From Anthoceros angustus (taxonomy: Eukaryota > Plantae > Anthocerotophyta), in assembly GCA_010909165.1 (NCBI GenBank), contig MU008198.1, positions 464,216-528,215 of the forward strand: 64,000 bases of DNA, written 5' to 3'. The position numbers and the translations under genes were made by a program. This document shows, in pieces, positions 1 to 9,616 of this stretch. Below the pieces are notes generated by a model. It ran no database searches and was not told the DNA's origin. It saw nothing but the letters and a program-made list of their open reading frames with translations. Position 1 is the stretch's first letter; each line of letters opens with the position of its first letter.

Positions 1-489
1 GTGGGAACTTCGGAAGGCGACCATGAATAGGGTCCTTATCTTATGCGTTTTCTTGTCTTTCTATTCTTCTTTAATTACCATAAAATTCATAGGGAAGAGC
101 TGGATTTCAATTTCAGATTGATAATATTGTTAAATTAAAGATACTCTCTCCTAACTCAGAGGGGTTCAATTTGAGCTTTGGGGTTCTTAGGGGAAAGAGC
201 TGTTTACATGGAAAGCCGTGCCAAAGCCTATTCATATGTAGACTGCTGGAAATGACCCAAGAATGTAGTTTGTCCCTTGTGCCGGAAAGACTAGGGAATT
301 GAGCAGGGCGTAGTCTTTAGTAGTGATTTCAAAGTTAGAAACGAGGCCCTGCTATAAGAGGTGGCCTCCTTGTTTGTAAGAGGAAGCCCGGTTCCTCTAT
401 GAAGCTATGGCCTTTGCTCCTACAAGCCATCTCTTTTGTTCGAAGTCTCATGTAGGTCTATCGGTGAGACAAGATGTCCGGCGTAGGAG

Positions 490-780
490 TTGAGAGGTAT
501 CAAGGCATTCTTGCAACGCTCCACTGAAGGACCCCTTCCGATAGCCACATCATCGGATGGTTCTGCTTTGAGAGGTATCAGGGCATTCTTGCAACACTCC
601 ACTGAAGGACCCCTTCCGGTAGCCACATCATCGGATGGTTCTGCTTTGAGAGGTATCAAGGCATTCTTGCAACACTCCACTGAAGGACCCCTTCTGCTTT
701 GAGAGGTATCAAGGCATTCTTGCAACACTCCACTGAAGCACCCCTTCCGTTAGCCACATCATCGGATGGTTTTGCTTTGA
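490..780. repeat. 78-bp minisatellite, ~3.7 copies (third copy truncated)
   Basis: TTGAGAGGTATCAAGGCATTCTTGCAACACTCCACTGAAGGACCCCTTC... starts at 490, 568, 646 and 699. Confidence 0.95.
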
Positions 781-807
781 TACGCTCAGACTGGGGATGG
801 CGATAGC

Positions 808-970
808 GCTAGTCTATACGATGCATGCGTACAACCCTCACAAGAAGTGGATTGCTAGTCTGTATGATGCATGCGTACAACCCTCAGGAAGTGGATTGCC
901 ATTAGGAAGTGGATTGCTAGTCTGTACGATGCATGCGTACAACCCTCACAGGAAGTGGATTGCCATTAGG
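808..970. repeat. ~46-bp minisatellite, 3 copies plus partial
   Basis: GCTAGTCTRTAYGATGCATGCGTACAACCCTCA..GAAGTGGATT recurs at ~808, ~855 and ~917. Confidence 0.9.
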
Positions 971-1118
971 CCGTAGCCCAAAGCCAGATTGTTGGGAAGA
1001 AACGGCATTATATGAGCCCTCATGCCTGAGGCAAGCTAGCTGATGGAATCCCTTGGCGAGTGGTAGTACGAAGGAGCCTGTACATTTCCTGACTTGTGTG
1101 TGTGATCCCGTTCTAACA

Positions 1119-1289
1119 TAAGAAGAAGAATTTTATTGAAGTCCACTAAGGACGAATTTCTGTCATGGACTTGGTACTTAACAACTTGTACCATGCTGTG
1201 CCTAAGCTACTTGCACCAAGGGCATCCACTCCCTTCAGGACCCCATCTAACTACCGATCTAAGCGCAAAATGCTTAATCACGACGTTCT
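1119..1289 (-). mobile_element. Short 5S-rRNA-derived retroposon-like element (SINE3/Cassandra-like), copy 1
   Basis: Minus strand reads AGAACGTCGTGATTAAGC-24 nt-GATGGGGTCC..GGGA, colinear with the plant 5S A-box/IE/C-box region, then two hairpins, AATAAA and (TTC)3. It is the inverted homologue of 3155-3336. Confidence 0.6.
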
Positions 1290-2794
1290 TATAAATATGT
1301 GTCCATTTGGCCTAAGCCATTTGGACATGCCTCATACATTATCATGTCATGAATGTGCATTGGTATATCTAACAGGGCCATGGGGTTTGGATTGAATCGT
1401 TTAAGCCATGTTTGGGCTTCTACATTTATTTTTAAATGGAATTTTTCCTTTGGATCTTTGAGCGAACATGCCAACAAAGGGTAGACTCTGCGATATGCAC
1501 AATTTTACAACATCATCTTCACTGCCTTTCAGGCCTCTCGAAATTCCTGCACGGATTACGTGAGCCCATAGTCGGGATGGTGCCTCCAGCCGAGATGGTC
1601 CCCCCGGCCTTATCTTGTGTCTGGTAGCCCGCTTCAGCACAGAAAGCCTATCAACACTTAGAATTTGGTGACCAGGTAGCACCCTCTAGCTACTTGGAGG
1701 AGCCAGATGTTGGTTTCAAAGTTTGAGGAGCATGTTATAGGGCTCTATTGAGGCCCATTTTTGTTGTACATGTGCGTGATGCTACCATGGTGAGGTGAGC
1801 ACTCAAAGAATTAGAGTTGTGTTCCTTCGTATCTTGCACAATGATCCCCAGCCCGCCCCTCTTGTCATGATGGCCTTGAAAATAATGGATGAAGCTTACC
1901 ATATCAGAAAGTTTTCCTAAAGTAATGTGTAAGTAGAGGACATCACAGTGGAATTACTAAAGTTGGGCACAAACGCATTCTATTTTTATTTACTTAGTTA
2001 AAAAAACATCAAATCGCCCAAAAAGAGCAAAAGCACTTTGCCAACCAAACCGAGCACCATCAAAAGAAACATCTTCAGCATCCTCAGCTTCCATCTTTTG
2101 CCATAGTCAAAGGGATGAACCTATTATAAAATTTAGACTTTAAATTTTTGTAAGACTGTGATAACGCTTGAAAAGGAATAAAGATCCGATGTTCAAGAGA
2201 GAACTCTTGAGGCTATTGGTCAAGGTGGAACTCAACCATAGACTCTTTAATAGATTGAGCAAGTTGCTTCCTCAAATTATAGATTTGTTTAAGTTTAGAA
2301 TGAATATTGCTTAGCTCATAGGTAAATCATAAAATAACCTAAACTTCAGCGGAAGTTTTTTTTTCCTATCTGACCCATTTTATGACCAAGACAATGATCT
2401 TCAATTGAAGAAATTAAAGAAGATAAGCTTTGTGATCTTTCTAGACCCACTTGGTTTGCTCATCAGTTGTACTGTGTGTAGGGAAAACCTCAATACCATC
2501 AATAACTCACCACTTGTCTCGGAGGAGGGGCTTGAATCTGAAACTTCTAAATAAAATAATTGTATCCATTACGCTTGATAAAATCATATGGTAGGATATC
2601 TTGAATGAAATCCATTATGAAGAACCTTAGTCACAAAAATGAGAAGCAACTCTGAATACCAAACCAATCCTACTAATATAGATTACAACAGATAGGAAGA
2701 TAGACTGATTTTTACACGCCGCAAGTCTCGCTCCAGGAAAATGAGCATGCGCTGTAAGAATAAGAAATTATTGGAACATTAGTTAAAGACTTCT

Positions 2795-2930
2795 AAAAAA
2801 AATTGCCTTCAGCTAAAAAACATCTCAAAACCCATCTCCAAAAAATTTCTTGAAGCTGAAAACATCTCAAAAACACCTCCAAAAAACCGCCTAAAGTTAG
2901 AAACATTTCAAAAACACCTTCAAAAAACTG
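2795..2930. repeat. Degenerate ~41-bp A-rich tandem repeat, 3 copies
   Basis: AGCTRAAAACATCTCAAAAACACCTCCAAAAAA-like unit recurs three times. Confidence 0.7.
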
Positions 2931-3154
2931 CGCATACAAAGAATAATCACTCATGCACATGACCGTCTTGAAAAATGACTAAGGATTTAGTCCTTTGACC
3001 TTTGGACAGGGAGTAAGGAACCCCGATATGAACACAAAAGTTTCTAAAATATTAAGCCTTAGAAAAATATTATATATCTTTATAATTATTTATAATCATA
3101 AAAAAAAGTTAAAATTAGAAATGTCATTAATGCTTTTGCCTCTAAGGTGGTTTA

Positions 3155-3336
3155 ACGTGGTTATTAAGCATCCTGCGCTTGGATCGGTACTTAGATGGGG
3201 TGCCTAAAGGGAATGGATGCCCTTGGTGCAAGTAGCTTAGGCATACCATAGTACAAGTTGTTAAGTACCAAGTCCCATGACGGAAATCCGTCCTTAGTGG
3301 ACTTAAATAAAATTCTTCTTCTTCTTCTTCTTCTTC
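3155..3336 (+). mobile_element. Short 5S-rRNA-derived retroposon-like element (SINE3/Cassandra-like), copy 2
   Basis: AACGTGGTTATTAAGC-24 nt containing GTACT-GATGGGGTGCCTAAAGGGAA, then stem-loop AAGTCC..GACGGA-AA-TCCGTC..GGACTT, AATAAA and (TTC)8. Confidence 0.6.
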
Positions 3337-3769
3337 TCTATATAGGAGAGCAAGGAACCCGATGTTAATACAAAAGTTTCCAAAATGGTATATCTAAGAC
3401 GCATTTCCATAAACAAAATATTTTGAGAGCATAAAGACAAGGCTAATTAATGACCTCGTGATAACCTAACCCCGAGTGTTTTCAACCCTTTATCTAGATG
3501 GGGGATCACAACACGGGTGATCGAATTTTCATGACCGGGAATGATGTAAAATATTTTAATATTATACAAGATTTTAATACTTTAGGATTTTACACTCTAT
3601 ACAGTGGGGTTTCCCCAATGGTTACATAATTGTCCGCCATAGCCAATCCATGGTGAACTTTCTCATTCCAACCGTCATGCGATCACACAGCCGCGCATAA
3701 ATATCGTGACGAGTTTTGTGAACCACGAGTTTTGTGAACCGGGTGCATGCGCCTGGAGGCTGGCAAGCC

Positions 3770-4260
3770 CGAGGATCAAACTGGTCTCCAAGCATTGGAG
3801 AAGTGGATCATGGAGGTGCAGGAGAAGGACCGTCGACGCAAGTTCTTGAAACACCAAAAGGCATGCAAGAAGAGAGTAGCGATGCGATGCCGCAGCCTTG
3901 GATGAGGTCATCAAGCTCCACCTCTTACTGTCTCTTGGGACCTGTTTTTACGGGACAGGCTGGCAAGAGGTTGTGTTTGAGGTCGAGATCATCTGTGTGT
4001 AAATTACCAGCGGGATGTGTTGTCGTGATGAGCTACTGCCTCAGAACGAAACGGAGCTCTTTCGTAGTTCTAAGCTCAGGGGCCAAAGAGTTTTTATCAC
4101 AGTGCGTTTTCGGTGTCTGGGCCCATCATTCAATTCTATGTCACCGCTAGGAAAAATGTCCTGCAGCCTGTGTATCATTGCCCTCTTGATGCACATCCTT
4201 CTCCACTTACCTCCTACCTACTGGTAGGAGGTTGACCTACCTTCAGTACAGCGCGGAACG
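3770..4260 (+). pseudogene. Decayed copy of an unidentified 3' coding exon + 3' flank (paralogous to 9075-9560)
   Basis: Colinear with 9075-9560 (GGATCAAACTGG..GAAGTGGATCATGGAGGTGCAGGA..GAGGTTGTGTTTGAGGTCGAGATCATCTGTGT); has deletions relative to that copy. Confidence 0.6.
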
Positions 4261-4477
4261 CAATTATTACAAATTTTATGAAAAAAATCAATATATTTTA
4301 TAAAACTGAAATCTACGTGTCTGGAAATCTTATGTAGGTACTCTCAAGAAATCAACCAATGTGGTTGACAAAGACAAAATCTTTCGCCATATGCTGTATG
4401 CTCCCAAAACAAAACCACCGAATATATTCAGTATATGTATGTCTCGCATCTTAGGCATTGCACAGAAAGGAGTGTGC

Positions 4478-6171
4478 TCAGTACGTATAACCCTTCACGA
4501 ACAAGCCCTTCTTTGCTTCCTCCGCCTCTCCATCAGCAGAGTATTGTCCGAGCTGAGCCAGTGAATTCGACTTAGCCCTCAGCAGCAACGCCTTTTGAGC
4601 TGCCTCGACGTTCTCGGGTTGCCCCTTCCAGGTCTTCAACACGGAGTTCTGCAGAGCCCGGGCATAGGAGAAGGACACATGCCATGGGTTGGGGCTCTGG
4701 TTCATGGCGTTCAGGTTCAGGGTGGCCTCCACTTCTGACTGGCCTCCAGATAGAAACTGCAAGGCAAGGACTGTGTTAAGCGGCTATCAGTGGGCAGGAG
4801 CAATGGGAAGGGCGGCTTCGAGAATGCTACATACCATGATACCAGGGACAGCCGGCGGCACTCTCCTCTTCAGGAGAGTCAGAGTGTACTTAGCAACCTC
4901 CTCAGGTGTTGCTCTCACTTTGCTCTGGGCTCCAGGAGTCACCATGCTAGGCTTCAACAGGATACCTTCGAATAAGACGTTGTTCTCGGCAAGGAAGAAA
5001 AAAACCTTAGCCCAGACCTTCTCGGCAACCTCCAATGTCCGGTCAATACCGTGCTCACCGTCGAGCAAAATCTCAGGCTCCACAATGGGGACCAAACCGT
5101 TGTCCTGTGCCAGCCAACCAACCAGAAAGTCATGATAACCCTAGGGGACTTAAAGCAAAATTCGAAAAACGGCCGTGGACAGAGAAAAGGGCAGACCTGT
5201 GAGATGGCAGCATATCGGGCAAGGCCCCAGGCAGCCTCGGTGACCGCCAGCTCAGAGGGGCCGTTGGGAATGCTGACCACAGTCCGCCTGGAAAACATCG
5301 AAGTGGAACCGTGTTATGCCGCAAAGCCACATCCGGAGTGCAAAAAAGAGGACATGCAAACCACAAGGAAGCAATCAACTTCACCTAGACACTGTCACGG
5401 GTCAGGGACAAGGAGAGAGGCACCAAACACTCACCACTTCGCAAACCGGGCACCCTGCTTGTAGTAGGCGGCAGATCGAGAAGCAAGCCCGTCGAGACCT
5501 TGGCACCAGGACTCGTTGTTGGAGCCGGCCAAGGGCACCAAACCCTGGAACGCACACCCGCGAACAGTCACCACCGACCCTAACAGTGACACGAACAGTA
5601 CAAGAGTAATTCAGAGAGTCCACAGATTCCCGCATACCTTGTCAACCTTGATGCCGGGGAGAATGTTCTGCTCGGTGAGGGCATCAACCATCTTCTTGCC
5701 GTCCGTGGTGGACTGGTACAAGGTCTCCTCGAAGAGGATAGCTCCGGAGACGAACTCTCCCAACCCGGGGGTTGACACCAACAGCTGTCTGTACGCCTGG
5801 CGGTTACTTTCGGTGTTGTCGAGGCCGATGGAGGCCAGCCGAGCTCCACAGGTGGCGTTCGACTCATCCATGGCCAGAATTCCCCGTCCCTTGGTGGCGA
5901 TCGATTTCTGAGCATCGCAAAGCCACAACAAGTGAGCAACCACATATCCCCAAACGGATCAGGGCACCAAATCCACGTACGACAACAGCGGGCTCACCGC
6001 GGTCTTGCGGAGCTCCTCCTCATATCCGCCAGCGCGCACACCCAGGGGTGCAGCAAACCGCACGGTGGCGGGTGCAGCAGATTGCCTCAAAGCCTTGCCG
6101 GAGAAGTCGGATTTGGCCAGGGCAACAGACTGCTTCAGGGCCAGGCTCGAGGTGGCTGCCATGGCGGCCAT
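4478..6171 (-). CDS. FBA: Fructose-bisphosphate aldolase class I, plastid-targeted; 6 exons, 397 aa
   Basis: Exons 6171-5998, 5907-5638, 5544-5435, 5287-5197, 5104-4835 and 4756-4478 all have GT-AG boundaries and total 1194 nt. Motifs: [36 protein letters not shown] (Schiff-base Lys), [16 protein letters not shown]-terminal GYTY. The N-terminus is an Ala/Ser-rich transit peptide. Confidence 0.98.
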
Positions 6172-6634
6172 GTCGCGAGCTCTCGAGGGCAGGGGCCGGT
6201 GCTGCGCCACGGAGGAGACGAGGCAGAGAAGTGGGAAGCCTGACACTCTTGCGGTAGGAGGCGGTGAGGACTACTTATGCCAGTGGGACAGTCCTGTGGT
6301 GGAGAACGCGGGGCAATGTGCGGCACCGATAGCCGGTCACCTGCGATATTCGCTTCCTTATCTGGACCGGGAACCTGCTGCTAACTGTTCACGGGTTCCG
6401 TTATATGCTATGCTCGTTACTACCTATTCGTCTTATATCGTGTTTCTTCTGGTTACCTTCATTGCACAAGAATAATGAATATATACTTCAATCAGATTTT
6501 ATTAAAAAATATTTATATATCTATATAAAAATAGAAGAAATTTGAATTTATACGGATGATTGTCAACGGCTCTTAGGGCTCATTTCCTATGCCCACTCTC
6601 TCACGCCCAAGTTCCTTCATTGTATAGAGCGATT

Positions 6635-6950
6635 CCAAGCTATCTCCAGAAACTCCTACGCAACCTTAGTTGCCTTATATCTTTCCAATACTCCTTGATT
6701 TATCTCCAAAAACTCTCACGAAACCTTAGTTGCTTTATATCTTTGCAATACTCTTTGATTCGTTTAATGCAATGCGTTTGGGAGCAGTGAAAAACTCTTT
6801 GATCCATTTGCAAGTTTTCATCGATTTATCTCCAGAAGCTCTCACGCAACCTTAGTTGCCTTATATGTTTTTCCAATACTCTTTGATTCGTTTAATGCGA
6901 TGCATTTGGGAACAGCGAGAAACTCTTTGATCCATATGCAAGCTTTCATC
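6635..6950. repeat. Compound tandem repeat (61-bp subunit x3 within a ~125-bp higher-order duplication)
   Basis: TATCTCCARAARCTC..ACG.AACCTTAGTTGCYTTATAT..CAATACTC at ~6641, ~6702 and ~6827; CGTTTAATGC..TTTGGGA.CAG..AAAACTCTTTGATCCAT occurs twice. Confidence 0.85.
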
Positions 6951-7623
6951 TTGAGCTATGGAATGCGAAATGTACTTTCTATCTTAAAGCTTTTGTGCTA
7001 ATAACGACATCTGAACCCTTTGAGAAGAAATGCACTCCTCTAAGGAATGTTTTGAATTTTTCAAGCTGCTCTCCTGGTAAGGAGCCTAGTTAAAATTTCT
7101 GAAAAATTGGGGCTCGACAGTGATCTTGATGGGTTATCACCCCTCCCACATGGGGTTAACACCACAAGGTTATCTAAGATATGGACTTTGCCCGTTAGGT
7201 TATCAATCCTCCTATTTGACATAGACTCCGCAAGGTTCTCTAAAATATGGACCTTACCCATTCATCTATACGGGTTCTATCTTATTTTACAATATTTACC
7301 CTATTTACTAGGCATAATTCTAATTTACTAGATTATCCTATTTATCAGAAAAGTTTACCTATTTATCTATCTTTATCCTATTTATCAATAATATCACCTA
7401 TTTATCTACTTTTATCCTATCTATTAGAGATATATTCTATTTATCTACCTTTATCCTATTTATCAAGAATATAGCATATTTATTTATGTTTGTCTGGTAT
7501 TTCAATTATCATGATCAAAAACAAAAATTTTATGGAGGAAAAAAGATGATGGGAAAGGCATATCCAGTAGAGGACAACGAGGGGACCTTGAGGGTCGAGG
7601 TGAAAAAGGAGCAACTAAGCTCC

Positions 7624-8060
7624 CTACTGGAAGTCACCGATTGCACCTACGATGTCATAAGCGGGAAGAATAAAAGGCCTGCAAACTACGGATGAAGAGG
7701 AGGATACATCACCTGCTGTCGGCGTTTTGTGGAGGATCATCGTTGAGAGGGCCCATTGAAGAGCAATTGAGACTCGCATCGTTGAGAGGGCCCATTGAAG
7801 AGCAATTGAGACTCGCATCGTTGAGAGGGCCCATTGAAGAGCAATTGAGACTCGCATCGTTGAGAGGGCCCATTGAAGAGCAATTGAGACTCGCTGTCTG
7901 AAGAATGCCGTGAAGTACGAAATAGACAGCCGTGCACTATGCCTGCGGGCATGATAAGCTTTGGCGCAGGACTTGATAAATGTAGCGAAGTCCTTAGCCA
8001 ACACCCCATACATTTCAAGGGTGAGCAAAATGAATTGGTGGTCCCACTTACATCCCACTA
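7624..8060 (-). mobile_element. 3' fragment of a CRE-like non-LTR retrotransposon (C-terminal restriction-like endonuclease region)
   Basis: HQFILLTLEMYGVLAKDFATFIKSCA...FFRQRVSIALQ matches the F-x-P/L-x-x-x-E-x-x-G...RQR-(L/V)-S-I-A-(L/I)-Q pattern typical of CRE-clade ORF ends. Recognised by eye. Confidence 0.65.
7738..7893. repeat. 39-bp perfect tandem repeat x4
   Basis: CATCGTTGAGAGGGCCCATTGAAGAGCAATTGAGACTCG at 7738, 7777, 7816 and 7855. Confidence 0.97.
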
Positions 8061-8939
8061 TATTTCTTGATTTTGAGAGCGGCCGCTCCAGCAACAGCCC
8101 AACCTGGACTAGACCGGACCCTTTATTGTCATGATCTATTTTTCACACTCATAGGATAGGTACCTTTTAGGTTGGTTCTAGATGTTCAGTCCAGGTGAGG
8201 CTATGAACAACGTCGTCTCCGGTGCTTTGGAGAGGGCGAGATGGCCGTCACTTAGTGCTCTTTGTCCTACTAAAACATCAGCACTAGTCCTCTAAATAGC
8301 CCGCCATTCTGGACGAATTGCAAGCGAGCACCCTGCTCTTTACTAGAGAGAAAAGAAGGAGTACAAGGAGTAAGATTAAAGAGTGTTGACTATCTAGGCA
8401 CATGCTTCTGGTACTTAGCCCTCTTAGCCTGACCTCCTCCTCAAGCTTCCGCGTAAGAAGTGATCTTCTAAAGCTACCCTCATCCCCTAATATATATACT
8501 AGGGGATTTCTTCTTCCCTAAGCTCTAGCTATCACTTAACTCATATTGAACTTAACTTAATTTAATTACTAGTCAGTTAACTCAATATCAACTGTATTAA
8601 ACTTAACTTAGCTGAAACTAATTGAAATTAACTATAATTAATTTAATCTAACTATAGTTTATTTAAGTTGCACTCGTAGATAGTTTACTAGTGCTTATAG
8701 TTGATCCGGGACTTCTAACTAATACTACGTACATGTTTTTAAACTACAGACCCCAAAATAGTTTGTACTTGAAGCACAAAAGAATCATTTATGTAAGGTT
8801 ACCAGCACTGCCCACTTGACTAGGCACTAGAATATAGCACGTCTATTATAAAACATAGACTGTTTACGCCGGGAGTTGTCATGAATCTATTAGGTGCGAG
8901 GGAACTAATTGCTCTCTTTCCCGACGCTGCATCCTGCAT

Positions 8940-9323
8940 TCAGCAACTACGTCCTGCACATGTCTGAACAAGTGCAAGCGCCTGGAGTTCGAGGTTGAAG
9001 TTTGCGACTGGCGGGAGGGACATGGAGAACATGCGCATCCTGGACAGGCTGCTGGAAATTCTTGCTGGGAACCCGGGGATCAAACTGGCCTCCAGGCATT
9101 GCAGAAGTGGATCATGGAGGTGCAGGAATTGTGCAGTAAACACTTGAAGGACCGTCGACGCAAGTTCTTGGAACACCAAAAGCCATACAAGAAGATAGTA
9201 GCGGAGCTTGCCGCAGCCTTGCATGAGGTCATCAAGCTCCACCTCTTACAGTCTCGTGGGACCGGTTTTCGGAGGACAGGCTGGCAAGAGGTTGTGTTTG
9301 AGGTCGAGATCATCTGTGTCTAA
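8940..9323 (+). pseudogene. Unidentified coding remnant (C-terminal part)
   Basis: Open frame ...LQKWIMEVQELCSKHLKDRRRKFLEHQKPYKKIVAELAAALHEVIKLHLLQ...EVEIICV*; duplicated at 3770-4000; no clear start. Confidence 0.4.
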
Positions 9324-9616
9324 ATTACCCAGCAGTGTGGGTTGCCGTGATTAGCTACTGCCTCGTCACATAAAATTTTGATCACATTCCGTTTTTGGTG
9401 TCTGCATCGATTATCCATTACTATGTTATCTCTAGGAAGAATGTCCTGCAGCGTATCATTGCCCTCTTAATGCACATCTTCTCCGTTTCCTTCCAACCTA
9501 CCTGTAGCGTCAGTATTCCTTTTCCTGCTGCAATTTGCAACTTTTCACAAGTGTAGCGCAGAACGTGTCTGTCAAGCTCCTCAAGCATCTTAATTCTTCT
9601 TCAAGCCGGTCCAGAC

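Noticed and set aside
490-970. CRISPR-like array
   Set aside because: Repeats are contiguous with no unique spacers, there are no cas genes, and the context is eukaryotic.
3155-3240. Functional 5S rRNA gene
   Set aside because: The first ~40 nt of 5S are missing, the rest is diverged, and there is no oligo-T terminator at the expected position.
4689-6475. Several + strand ORFs of 100-160 aa
   Set aside because: Antisense shadows of the GC-rich aldolase exons.
8100-8720. Solo LTR (TATA-like CTCTAAATAG, AAGCTTCCGC, AT-rich tail)
   Set aside because: No partner LTR, PBS, PPT or TSD identifiable in the window.
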